A program made the position numbers and the translations under genes. From an uncultured Desulfospira sp. (GTDB lineage Bacteria; Desulfobacterota; Desulfobacteria; Desulfobacterales; Desulfobacteraceae): a DNA stretch of 64,000 nucleotides. Under the pieces are notes generated by a model, which saw nothing but the letters and a program-made list of their open reading frames with translations, was not told where the DNA came from and made no database searches. The DNA is taken from NCBI GenBank assembly GCA_963663165.1, contig OY760175.1, positions 5,344,001-5,408,000 of the forward strand, read 5' to 3'. Shown one piece after another: positions 1-8,936 of the stretch. How positions within the stretch are numbered: position 1 is the first letter of the stretch; each line of letters begins with the position of its first letter.

Positions 1-2
1 TT

Positions 3-293
3 CTGGGAAACCTTTTTTCCGGGTCCATGGATATGGAACAGATCCTTGGTGGTTTAGGAAATCAGTTTGCCTGGCCTGATGTGGTGGATGGTTTCGGGCT
101 GTGCCGACCTTGCGAGTTCCGGTACCTGTGCGGCGGCATGTGCCTGGCCTGGCATGATCTTCTGCCGGCTCCCTTTGAGCCTGAAATTCACTGCAGAAAG
201 CAGTACGGTTTTTTCAAGCGCCTGACAGGGCAGGCCCGAGCCTGTCTGGAAGCGCATCATCTTCTAAAGACAACAAGTGAAAGGGGTTTCTGA
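3..293 (+). CDS. Radical SAM/SPASM-domain protein, C-terminal part (5'-partial, runs off the window)
   Basis: Frame is open from base 3 (LGNLFSGS...); contains the SPASM-type motif CRPCEFRYLCGGMC and a downstream HC. Confidence 0.75.
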   Translation: MGNLFSGSMDMEQILGGLGNQFAWPDVVDGFGLCRPCEFRYLCGGMCLAWHDLLPAPFEPEIHCRKQYGFFKRLTGQARACLEAHHLLKTTSERGF

Positions 294-2290
294 TGTGGCC
301 TCATGAAATGCTGATGTTCTCAAAGTGGTATGTCCTGGCGGGCAGCCTTGCGGTGGGCCTGGCCTTATATGTTGTGGCTGACGGTGTTCTTTATTATGCC
401 CGCTGGCGGGTCCTGACAAACGGATATCTGGCGGCCTGTTGTTTTTTGACCGGGCTTTTGTGTATGGCGCTGATAGTGTTTATAAACTTCGGTACGCCGT
501 TAAAACAGATCCTGCTTTATCTTTTTTATGGGACGGTTCTGGTGTATCCGGTTTTTCTGTCCATGGCCGCAGCGGTTCGATGGGCCCTGAGGTTAAAGCC
601 TGACGGCGATATCATCAATAACCAGTTGAATGAGGCCCTCCGGGAGAATTCAGACTATGTTTTTACAGTTTTAAAAAAGATTGTTCCAGGTATCCATATG
701 CCCGATAAATTAGGGCTTGTCAGGGCCCTTTGCCATGATAACCCTGAAATAAGGCAAAGTGCCGTGAATGCCGCTCTGGCTGCCGGAATGAACCAGGATA
801 TAGAAAAGGCCGTTCAGGGCGACACCGGTGATTTTGAGCGGCTGGGTGATTTGGGGGATGAAGATTTTCTTTACCGGCTGATGCCCGTTGCCGCCAAAGA
901 CAACAAAGAAGCCATGGCCGCGGCCAGGGGGCTCCTTGCCATGGCCCAAAAGAACGGCATATCACCGGATATGGCATATGTTCTGCTCAAAATCCTTCAG
1001 GACGGTCCGTCGGGTAAAACAACGGAATTCATCCTGAACCGGCTGCTTGAGAACGAGTATGGGGGCGTAATTTATGAAAAACTGCTTCAGGATCAGGATA
1101 AAAAAATCCAGAACCTGGCGGCCCAATTTTATTTTGAGGCTCTAAAAAAAGGTTCCATGCCCGCCCACAGTTCCTGGCGTAAAGCCGACAAAATATTCCT
1201 TAACCGCCATGCCAGGGGTCTCACTGAACTTATGTGTTCCCACAAACCCAATGATCAGAGGAGCGCACTTAACATATGCAGCTTGTTGGGCGTATCCATC
1301 CCGTCGCTTCAAACCGGGAAAAGAGCCGGTGATTATTTTGTACAATTGGGCCGGTCTGAGCAGCCCTGGATTCTGGAACAGTTAATTCGCAATGCCCGGT
1401 CTAAAAAAATTGAAATTGCCCTGCCCGCCGTCAGGGGGTTGGCCGCCATGGTGGAAACAGGCCGGATTCCCGCCGGATTGCAACCCTCGCTAAAGTCCGG
1501 CCGGATCAGGACGTCTGCGCCTGAACAGGCAAACACCCTTGATGCGCCGCCGCCGGAGTTTTTACCGGTAACCGGCGAGGTGTTAAGTTTGCTCTATGAA
1601 AAGATTAAACCGTCCCTGGAGAGGGGCTTGTGCCACCCGGACGGTCAAATACGGCAGGAAGCGGCCCGTCTGGCCGTGGTCTTTGGCATGGACCCGGCCA
1701 TTACCGCCGCAGTCCGGGGGGATCTTAACGATTTTGAGCGGTTGGGAGAATCCGTGGGCGGGGAATTCCTGCTTGATCCTTTGCTCAACATCGCTCTGGA
1801 AGAAAGTCAAGCCAGTGAGCCTGCGGCAAGAGGATTGGCAGGGCTGTACCACCGCTTAAACATTTCCCAGGAATATCTTAAAAAAATGATTCTGCAGGGC
1901 AGGGCCCCGGTGCCGGATATTGCCATCGAAGCACTGGCCAAAAAAGGGGATGCCGGTGCCGGGATTCTGCTGGGTTTGCTGAAATCGAACGACGTTGGCC
2001 TGAGGAAAAAGGCGGCAAAGGCCCTGGTGGCCTGCGCACAGAAAGCTGAAAACGGATTTGGCGACCACTGGTGGACCATGAAAAACCTCATTACTGCCCC
2101 CCACACGGATACCACCGGCAGTCACCAGGACGGGTACCATTGTGATTATGACCGCGGCTGCACCATATACGGGTGTGATCCCCATACGGATATGATGGTT
2201 AAAGACAGGGATGGTTACCGGGTCCACCGCATGAATCGGACCACCCCTCATTCAGATAATATGGGGATTGGATTAAAGTTTGATCCATAG
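293..2290 (+). CDS. Membrane-anchored HEAT-like repeat protein with C-terminal His-X-Asp repeat tail
   Basis: About 3 N-terminal hydrophobic segments; HEAT-like helices (IRQSAVNAA, IRQEAARLA, LRKKAAKAL); tail HTD/HQD/HCD/HTD/HSD; start overlaps the upstream stop (TGATG). Confidence 0.6.
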   Translation: MWPHEMLMFSKWYVLAGSLAVGLALYVVADGVLYYARWRVLTNGYLAACCFLTGLLCMALIVFINFGTPLKQILLYLFYGTVLVYPVFLSMAAAVRWALRLKPDGDIINNQLNEALRENSDYVFTVLKKIVPGIHMPDKLGLVRALCHDNPEIRQSAVNAALAAGMNQDIEKAVQGDTGDFERLGDLGDEDFLYRLMPVAAKDNKEAMAAARGLLAMAQKNGISPDMAYVLLKILQDGPSGKTTEFILNRLLENEYGGVIYEKLLQDQDKKIQNLAAQFYFEALKKGSMPAHSSWRKADKIFLNRHARGLTELMCSHKPNDQRSALNICSLLGVSIPSLQTGKRAGDYFVQLGRSEQPWILEQLIRNARSKKIEIALPAVRGLAAMVETGRIPAGLQPSLKSGRIRTSAPEQANTLDAPPPEFLPVTGEVLSLLYEKIKPSLERGLCHPDGQIRQEAARLAVVFGMDPAITAAVRGDLNDFERLGESVGGEFLLDPLLNIALEESQASEPAARGLAGLYHRLNISQEYLKKMILQGRAPVPDIAIEALAKKGDAGAGILLGLLKSNDVGLRKKAAKALVACAQKAENGFGDHWWTMKNLITAPHTDTTGSHQDGYHCDYDRGCTIYGCDPHTDMMVKDRDGYRVHRMNRTTPHSDNMGIGLKFDP

Positions 2291-2504
2291 TCGGGAAACT
2301 TTTTTATATTAGGGAAACAGATTCAATCTGCTAATGTTTTTACGAAAAGAAAAGGTTTGACAAAACAATGCCAGGGCAATGGGGTCCGGCCCCTATTAAC
2401 CGGCAAAACAATTGAAATTCGGGGTGTTCAAAAAGGCTTGACAGGGCACCACAAGTCCTTTAGTTAATGAGCATCTTGCGATAAACAGATGCTTAGAGGA
2501 TAAT

Positions 2505-2591
2505 ATGTTTTTTCGGTATGATTACTTTTTTATATTTACCTGCTTTGGCAGCTTCTTTTTTACCAGGTCTGCCCAGGGAGAGTTAATGTAA
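2505..2591 (+). CDS. Phe-rich attenuation leader peptide MFFRYDYFFIFTCFGSFFFTRSAQGELM
   Basis: Hand translation: 9 Phe and 2 Tyr in 28 codons; AGAGGA Shine-Dalgarno at 2495-2500. Confidence 0.8.
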   Translation: MFFRYDYFFIFTCFGSFFFTRSAQGELM

Positions 2592-2632
2592 CATATCGAA
2601 AAGATAAGGGTGAACTCAAACCATGGGCAGAC
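2567..2632 (+). promoter_or_regulatory. Antiterminator of the attenuator
   Basis: GTCTGCCCA (2567-2575) is complementary to TGGGCAGAC (2624-2632); GAGTT pairs with AACTC; overlaps the 5' arm of the terminator. Confidence 0.7.
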
Positions 2633-2667
2633 GGAAAAGCCGGCTGATCCATGGTTTTTTTATTTTT
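2618..2667 (+). terminator. Intrinsic attenuator terminator
   Basis: AAACCATGG...CCATGGTTT stem with inner CAG/CTG and CGG/CCG pairs, followed by T7-A-T5. Confidence 0.8.
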
Positions 2668-2737
2668 AGGGGCTTTGGACAGCGGATTAAAAAACAGCCC
2701 GTGACATTTTAAACTTTATTTAAAAGGAGTAAAAACA

Positions 2738-3883
2738 ATGGCAATGAAAAAGATCTTAACCCTGCTGCTGACAATCAGTTTGTGCCTTACCCCCCTTACC
2801 GGGCTGATGGCCAAGACCGTGTACAAGGTGGGCGGCATTTTTTCATCCACGGGCCGGGCCTCTTTTCTGGGTGATCCGGAGATGAAAACCATGGAGATGC
2901 TGGTGGATAAGATCAACGCGGCCGGCGGCATTGACGGGGCCATGCTTGAGGCCGTGATCTATGATTCCGAGGGCGATCCGGCAAAAGCGGTGTCAGCGGT
3001 GAACAAACTGATCCATAAAGACAAGGTCCTGGCCATTATCGGGCCATCCACCACCCCGACCTCCATGGCCATTATCAATTTTGTAGAACGGGCCAAAATT
3101 CCGCTGATTTCCTGCGCTGCCGGGGTGAACATCACCACCCCGATCAAACCCTATGTGTTCAAGACCGCTCAGAGCGATCTTCTGGCCGTGGCCGCCGTTT
3201 ACCAGCACATGCAGAAACAGGGGATCAAAAAGATCGGAATCATCTCTGTGGCCAACTCTTTCGGGGAAAGCGGCCGGGATCAGCTGCTGAATCAGGCCAA
3301 GGATTTCGGCCTTGAGGTGGTCCAGGCTGAAAGTTTCGGGGCCAAGGATACGGATACCACAGCCCAGTTGACCAAAATCAAGTCCAAATCCCCGGATGCC
3401 ATTGTCTGCTGGGGAACCAACCCGGGACCGGCCGTGGTGGCCAAGAACGTTAAGCAGCTTAAAATCGATATCCCCCTTTACCAGAGCCACGGGGTGGGGT
3501 CTCCCAAGTTTATAGAGCTTGCCGGAGATGCGGCTGAAGGCATTATCCTGCCCACGGGCAAAATTCTGGTCACTGATCTGCTGGACCCTGCCGATCCCCA
3601 GAAAAGGATTCTGGAAGATTACCGGGCCGATTATACGGCAGCTTATAAAGGCAATGTTTCCGGGTTTGGCGGGTATGCCTTTGATGCGGTGAATCTTCTT
3701 GCCGGAGCCCTTAAAGGGACCGGGGGAGACAAGGAAAAAATTCGTGCAAACCTTGAAGCCACCCAAAATCATATCGGTGCAACCGGCGAGTTTAATTTTT
3801 CAGATCAAGATCATAACGGGCTTTCCCCGAGTGCCTTTGTTATGGTAGAAATCAAAAACGGAACATGGAAATTAATTAAATAG
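2738..3883 (+). CDS. HAAT/Liv-family ABC transporter substrate-binding protein
   Basis: Signal peptide; INAAGGIDG, YDSEGDP and IIGPSTT motifs of type I periplasmic binding proteins. Confidence 0.9.
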   Translation: MAMKKILTLLLTISLCLTPLTGLMAKTVYKVGGIFSSTGRASFLGDPEMKTMEMLVDKINAAGGIDGAMLEAVIYDSEGDPAKAVSAVNKLIHKDKVLAIIGPSTTPTSMAIINFVERAKIPLISCAAGVNITTPIKPYVFKTAQSDLLAVAAVYQHMQKQGIKKIGIISVANSFGESGRDQLLNQAKDFGLEVVQAESFGAKDTDTTAQLTKIKSKSPDAIVCWGTNPGPAVVAKNVKQLKIDIPLYQSHGVGSPKFIELAGDAAEGIILPTGKILVTDLLDPADPQKRILEDYRADYTAAYKGNVSGFGGYAFDAVNLLAGALKGTGGDKEKIRANLEATQNHIGATGEFNFSDQDHNGLSPSAFVMVEIKNGTWKLIK

Positions 3884-3991
3884 GCTGAAGGTTTTTAGAC
3901 TGAAGGCTGAAGGAGGGGAGACTGACAAAGGATTGGTCTAAATTTCTTCAGCCTGACCGCCTTCAGTCTAAATGCCTAATAAGGAACCTCC

Positions 3992-4867
3992 ATGCAGGAG
4001 CTGATTCAATATCTGTTTTCGGGAATCACCACCGGTGCCATCTATGCCGTGATTGCCGTGGGGCTGTCCATGCTTTACGCGTCCACCGAACTGATCAATT
4101 TTGCCCATGGTGAATTTGTCATGATCGGGGCCATGGCCATGGTGACGCTTTGGGTCCATTTCGGCCTTCCGTTGCCCCTTGCCATGGCAGGGGCCGTGGC
4201 CATGGGCTGCATTATCGGTCTGTTGTTTGAACGGTTTGCCATTCGCACGGCAAAAACCCCGAACCCCATTGTCCTGGTGATCATTACCGTGGGGGCGTCC
4301 ATTTTTCTAAGGGGTGTTGGCATGATTGCCTGGGGGAAAGACCCGTTCAGTGTTCCGCCGTTTTCCAGCCATGAATCCATTGAAATTTTAGGGGCGGCCC
4401 TGCTGCCCCAGAGTATTTATATTGTGGGCGCCGCCCTGATCCTGGCAGCCGGAATCCATTTTTTCCTCAAAAAGAGCCTTACCGGAAAGGCCATGGTGGC
4501 CTGCGCCGTAAACCGGAAAGCCGCCTGGCTGTCAGGAATCCCGTCTGAAACCATGGCCGTGCTGGCATTCGGCATCAGCACAGGCTCCGGGGCCCTGGCC
4601 GGTGTGTTTATAGCCCCCATCACCATGAGTTCCTATGATATGGGCACCATCCTGGGGCTAAAAGGCTTTTGTGCCGCCATGATCGGGGGGCTGGGCAGCC
4701 TGTGGGGGGCCTTTGCCGGCGGACTGTTGCTGGGGGTGCTGGAATCTTTTGGCGCCGGTCTGATTTCATCGGGCCTCAAGGACGCCATAGCCTTTATCCT
4801 GCTGCTGCTGATCCTTTATGTCCGGCCTTCGGGGCTGTTTTCTGCGGGAGAGGCGAAACGGTTTTGA
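3992..4867 (+). CDS. livH: ABC permease, LivH-like
   Basis: GAIYAVIAVG...INFAHGEF motif; multiple transmembrane segments. Confidence 0.9.
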   Translation: MQELIQYLFSGITTGAIYAVIAVGLSMLYASTELINFAHGEFVMIGAMAMVTLWVHFGLPLPLAMAGAVAMGCIIGLLFERFAIRTAKTPNPIVLVIITVGASIFLRGVGMIAWGKDPFSVPPFSSHESIEILGAALLPQSIYIVGAALILAAGIHFFLKKSLTGKAMVACAVNRKAAWLSGIPSETMAVLAFGISTGSGALAGVFIAPITMSSYDMGTILGLKGFCAAMIGGLGSLWGAFAGGLLLGVLESFGAGLISSGLKDAIAFILLLLILYVRPSGLFSAGEAKRF

Positions 4868-4952
4868 GAAAGGATGAGGGCTGAAGGATGAAATTGGCGT
4901 GATTTATGGAATATGGCAGGGGGCTAACGGCTAACAGCTAAAAGCTACAATT

Positions 4953-5924
4953 ATGAATGAGAATGTTAAAAAAAACCGGCTGGAAGTAGTGGCCTTTGTG
5001 GCGGTTGTCTTCGGTTTAGGGCTGTTTGTCAGGAATGACTATTATCTTCAGATCATGACCTTTATCGGCATCAACACCTTGCTGGCACTGGGGTTGAACA
5101 TGCTCATGGGATATGCGGGCCAGGTTTCTTTGGGGCATGCCGCCTTTTACGGTATCGGGGCTTATACCACGGCCATTTTGTCGGCCACTTACGGGGTCTC
5201 GCCCTGGCTTGCCCTGTTCTGTGCCGTGGGCGCGGCCGTGTTCATTGCCTTTGCGGTGGGGCTGCCGACCCTGAAACTGTCCGGCTATTACCTGGGCATG
5301 GGCACCCTTGGCTTTGGCATGATTGTCAACATTGCCTTCCGGGAATGGAGTACGGTTACCGGCGGGGCATCGGGGTTTGTGGGCATTCCCGTGCTGGAGG
5401 CCGGGCCCGTGGCCTTTATGGAGGGGCAGAATTATTTTTTCCTGGTCTGGGGCGTGGTGCTGGTTGCAATTCTTATTTGCCGCCGCATTCTTTCCTCGCG
5501 CATGGGCCGGGGGCTTCGGGCCATCCATGACGGGGAAAACGCGGCCCTGGCCACCGGGGTGAACACCCATTTTTTAAAGCTTGAGATCTTCATGTTCTCT
5601 GCGGCCCTGGCCGCGGTGGCCGGGTTTTTATACGCCCATTTCGTTTTGTTTATCAGCCCTGAATCCTTTGGGTTCATGGTGTCGGTAAAAATTGTGACCA
5701 TGGTGGTCATCGGCGGCATGGCCAGTGTCTGGGGCGCTCTTCTGGGGGCCTGCCTGCTGACGCTGCTGCCGGAGGTTCTCCATGGATTTGCCGAATATGA
5801 AATGGTGGTGTTCGGCCTGATTCTTATGGTGGTCATGATATTTATGCCCCAGGGGTTGACCCGGGGATTTGTGGATATGTTTTTGCGGTACTGGAAAAAA
5901 AGCCATGACACTCTCGGAGCCTAA
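4953..5924 (+). CDS. livM: ABC permease, LivM-like
   Basis: GYAGQVSLGHAAFYGIGAY motif. Confidence 0.9.
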   Translation: MNENVKKNRLEVVAFVAVVFGLGLFVRNDYYLQIMTFIGINTLLALGLNMLMGYAGQVSLGHAAFYGIGAYTTAILSATYGVSPWLALFCAVGAAVFIAFAVGLPTLKLSGYYLGMGTLGFGMIVNIAFREWSTVTGGASGFVGIPVLEAGPVAFMEGQNYFFLVWGVVLVAILICRRILSSRMGRGLRAIHDGENAALATGVNTHFLKLEIFMFSAALAAVAGFLYAHFVLFISPESFGFMVSVKIVTMVVIGGMASVWGALLGACLLTLLPEVLHGFAEYEMVVFGLILMVVMIFMPQGLTRGFVDMFLRYWKKSHDTLGA

Positions 5925-6699
5925 GGTTGCGGCATCAGAAGACGCCCTGCTGGCGGTGGAAGGTCTGACCAAGCGCTTTGGCGGGGTAACGGCCCAGGAC
6001 AACATCAGTTTTTCCATTGAAAAGGGGATTGTCTGCGGTCTGATCGGCCCCAATGGTGCGGGAAAAACCACCCTGTTCAACATGATCACCGGGATCTACC
6101 GGCCCGATGCCGGCCAGGTGATGTTCAACGGCAAAGATATCCGTAAAAAGGCTGTTCACCAGCGGGTCAGGGAAGGGATTGCCCGGACCTTTCAGCATGT
6201 GGAGCTGTTTTCATCCATGACCTTGCTGGAAAACGTGCTGGTGGGCATGCATGTTAGAACAAAGGCAGGGTTCTGGGGGGCAATCACCCGGCTGCCCCCG
6301 GTTAAAAGAGAAGAACAGGCAGCCGTGAAAAAGGCTGAAGAACTCCTTTGCTTTACCGGTCTTGAAGCCCATGCCTTAAAACCGGCCGGCGACCTTCCCG
6401 TGGGCTTGCAGAAAACCGCCCAGATCGCCCGGGCCCTGGCATCAGATCCGTTACTGCTGTTACTGGATGAGCCGGCCGCAGGCCTTAACGCCGTGGAGAC
6501 TGAACAGCTGGGGCAGTTGATCCGGCGGATCAAGGACAAAGGGGTGACCATGATGCTGGTGGAGCATGACATGAGTCTTGCCATGGGCATTTCAGACAAG
6601 ATCATTGTTCTGGACCGGGGCAAAAAATTGGCCCAGGGTACCCCAAGGCAGATTCAGAACGACGAGGCGGTCATGTCGGCCTACTTGGGCCAGGGTTAA
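5905..6699 (+). CDS. livG: ABC ATPase, LivG-like
   Basis: GPNGAGKTT, IARTFQ, LLLDEPAAG, VEHDM; ATG at 5905 preferred over the ORF-track start. Confidence 0.9.
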   Translation: MTLSEPKVAASEDALLAVEGLTKRFGGVTAQDNISFSIEKGIVCGLIGPNGAGKTTLFNMITGIYRPDAGQVMFNGKDIRKKAVHQRVREGIARTFQHVELFSSMTLLENVLVGMHVRTKAGFWGAITRLPPVKREEQAAVKKAEELLCFTGLEAHALKPAGDLPVGLQKTAQIARALASDPLLLLLDEPAAGLNAVETEQLGQLIRRIKDKGVTMMLVEHDMSLAMGISDKIIVLDRGKKLAQGTPRQIQNDEAVMSAYLGQG

Positions 6700-6703
6700 G
6701 AAA

Positions 6704-7450
6704 ATGCTGAGAATTAAAAATTTAAAATGCGGTTATAACAAGGTCCTGGCCCTGCACGGGGTGAGCCTGTCGGTCTCCAAAGGGGAGCTGATCTCCATTA
6801 TCGGGGCCAACGGCGCCGGGAAAAGCACGTTGCTTCTGGCCATCTGCGGCCTGCTCAAAGAGTGGTCGGGCAGCATTGTGTTTAAGGAAAATTCCCTTGA
6901 AGGCATGGCCGCACCCGCCATTGTCCGCTCCGGCATCAGCATGGTGCCCGAGGGCCGGCAGATTTTTTCCCCCCTGAGTGTGGCCGACAACTTGAAGCTT
7001 GGGGCCTATACCCGGTATAAGAAAAAAGAAAAAAAACAGATTGAACAGGACATTGACAGGGTCCTTGAGATGTTTCCTATCTTACAGGAGCGGTCAGACC
7101 AGCTGGCCGGCACCCTGTCCGGCGGCGAACAGCAGATGCTGGCCATTGGCAGGGCCCTGATGGCAAAGCCGGACCTGCTGGTGCTGGATGAGCCCTCCAT
7201 GGGGCTGGCCCCTAAGATGGTGGACATGATTTTTGCCACCATTCAGGAATTAAAGGACAAGGGGTCCACCATCCTGCTGGTGGAGCAGAATGCAAGGGCC
7301 GCCCTGAAGATTGCTGACCGGGGCTATGTGCTGGAAACCGGCAAGATCGTCCTTCAGGGCAGTGCCGATGAACTGCTGGTGGATGATGATGTCAAGCGGG
7401 CCTACCTTGGCCGGGACTATGGGGATTTTTATGACGGGAGGGATGAATAA
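6704..7450 (+). CDS. livF: ABC ATPase, LivF-like
   Basis: GANGAGKST, LSGGEQQM, LDEPSMGLAP, VEQNA. Confidence 0.9.
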   Translation: MLRIKNLKCGYNKVLALHGVSLSVSKGELISIIGANGAGKSTLLLAICGLLKEWSGSIVFKENSLEGMAAPAIVRSGISMVPEGRQIFSPLSVADNLKLGAYTRYKKKEKKQIEQDIDRVLEMFPILQERSDQLAGTLSGGEQQMLAIGRALMAKPDLLVLDEPSMGLAPKMVDMIFATIQELKDKGSTILLVEQNARAALKIADRGYVLETGKIVLQGSADELLVDDDVKRAYLGRDYGDFYDGRDE

Positions 7451-8697
7451 TGGCAGAACAGATCAGCCTTAACATCAGTGTTGAAGAAAAAGAGCAGCTC
7501 AAGCTGGAGCGGCTTCAAAGTACCCTGAACCGGGCCTATAAAAATGTCCCCTTTCACCGGAGCCGGTTTGAGCAGGAAGGCTTGTCCCCCCAGGATATCG
7601 GCTGCCTTTCGGATTTGCAGCAGCTGCCCTTTATGGAACGCTCCCATTTAAGCCTGCATTATCCTTACGGATTGTTTGCCGTTCCCCTGCGGGACATTGT
7701 CCGGATCCACACGGCCCCCGGAACCTTCGCCAATCCGTCCATCAGCGGATACACCAAAGCAGATCTCCTTATCTGGAAAAAATTGGTGGCCCGCGCTTAT
7801 GAGGTGGCCGGGGTCACGGACATGGACATTATCCAGATTCATCTGCCCCCGGGCCTGGCCAACTGGGCCAGGGATTACAAAGACGGCGGCGAAACCATCG
7901 GCGCCGGGGTCATCCCCAACTCAAGCCTGTCCCTGTCCAAAACCCTGATGGTCCTCAAGGATTACAAAACCACCACCCTGGTCACCACCAAAGCCTTTGC
8001 CCGCCGCCTGACCACCCACCTGTTTGAGACCTTGCACCACCCCAGCGAGTTGAACTTGAAACGGGTTATCCTGGTAGGGGAACCCGTGGATGAAGCAACC
8101 GTTCAGGAATTGAGCGGGCAGCTTCATACCGATATCTGGCGGCATTATGGGTTAAGCGAGATCCCCGGGCCCGCCATCGCCCATGAATGCCCGGACCACC
8201 AGGGATTCCACATCAACGACGACCATATCCTGGCCGAAATTGTGGACCCGGCCACGGGCGCCTCTGTCCCCAAAGGCGAAAAAGGAGAACTGGTCCTCAC
8301 CACCCTTTCGGCCCGGGCTTTTCCCCTGATCCGGTTTAAAACCGGGGACATGGCCGGATTCCTTGACCGGGACTGTGCCTGTCCCTGTCCCCTTGACCGG
8401 ATCGCCTGGTATAAGGAACGGACAGACAATATGATGATCATTTCCGGTATCAAGGTGTCCTGTGACCAGATCCGGTCCTGCCTGAAAACCGCCCTGGACC
8501 TGCCCGACATAGAATGTGCCATCAACCGCAGCGGCAACGGGGATCAGGATGTTCTGGAGGTCTCCCTTAGAATGGGGGATCAGCTGTTTTCAGATGAAAT
8601 CAGGAACCTGGAGCAGGTCATGCGCCGAACCGAGGTGTTCCTGGCAGAACAGGTCGGTGTCCCTGTCAAAATTCATCTGGTTCAGCGCATGGGGTGA
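7450..8697 (+). CDS. Phenylacetate-CoA ligase family protein (PaaK-like, degenerate motifs)
   Basis: YPYGLFAVP..IVRIH, YGLSE, GELVLTTL, PLIRFKTGD; P-loop altered. Confidence 0.8.
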   Translation: MAEQISLNISVEEKEQLKLERLQSTLNRAYKNVPFHRSRFEQEGLSPQDIGCLSDLQQLPFMERSHLSLHYPYGLFAVPLRDIVRIHTAPGTFANPSISGYTKADLLIWKKLVARAYEVAGVTDMDIIQIHLPPGLANWARDYKDGGETIGAGVIPNSSLSLSKTLMVLKDYKTTTLVTTKAFARRLTTHLFETLHHPSELNLKRVILVGEPVDEATVQELSGQLHTDIWRHYGLSEIPGPAIAHECPDHQGFHINDDHILAEIVDPATGASVPKGEKGELVLTTLSARAFPLIRFKTGDMAGFLDRDCACPCPLDRIAWYKERTDNMMIISGIKVSCDQIRSCLKTALDLPDIECAINRSGNGDQDVLEVSLRMGDQLFSDEIRNLEQVMRRTEVFLAEQVGVPVKIHLVQRMG

Positions 8698-8717
8698 AGC
8701 ACTTATAAGCCCAAGCC

Positions 8718-8936
8718 CTAGTGGGGGCCGTCGCCAGTGCTTAAAATGTCCTGGTAATCCACCCGGGGAGGCTTTGGGTTGGGCTGGGCAGCGGTTGTCG
8801 CTTCCATGCCTGCCGTAAAGAGGGCCTCCGCAGTTTTGGAACGGTTGCCTATGGGCAGTTTGGAGAAAAACTCGTATCCGGAAAGAAGCAGTAGCGCGGT
8901 AAACAGGATCAATACAGCCATTTTTTTCAGTCTCAT
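8718..8936 (-). CDS. Short exported/membrane hypothetical protein, possibly truncated
   Basis: MRLKKMAVLILFTALLLL signal-like start; overlaps the stop of the upstream gene. Confidence 0.4.
   Translation of the reverse strand: MRLKKMAVLILFTALLLLSGYEFFSKLPIGNRSKTAEALFTAGMEATTAAQPNPKPPRVDYQDILSTGDGPH

Noticed and set aside
2438..2468. sigma70 promoter for the attenuated operon
   Set aside because: Perfect TTGACA but no convincing -10 at 16-18 bp spacing; left uncalled
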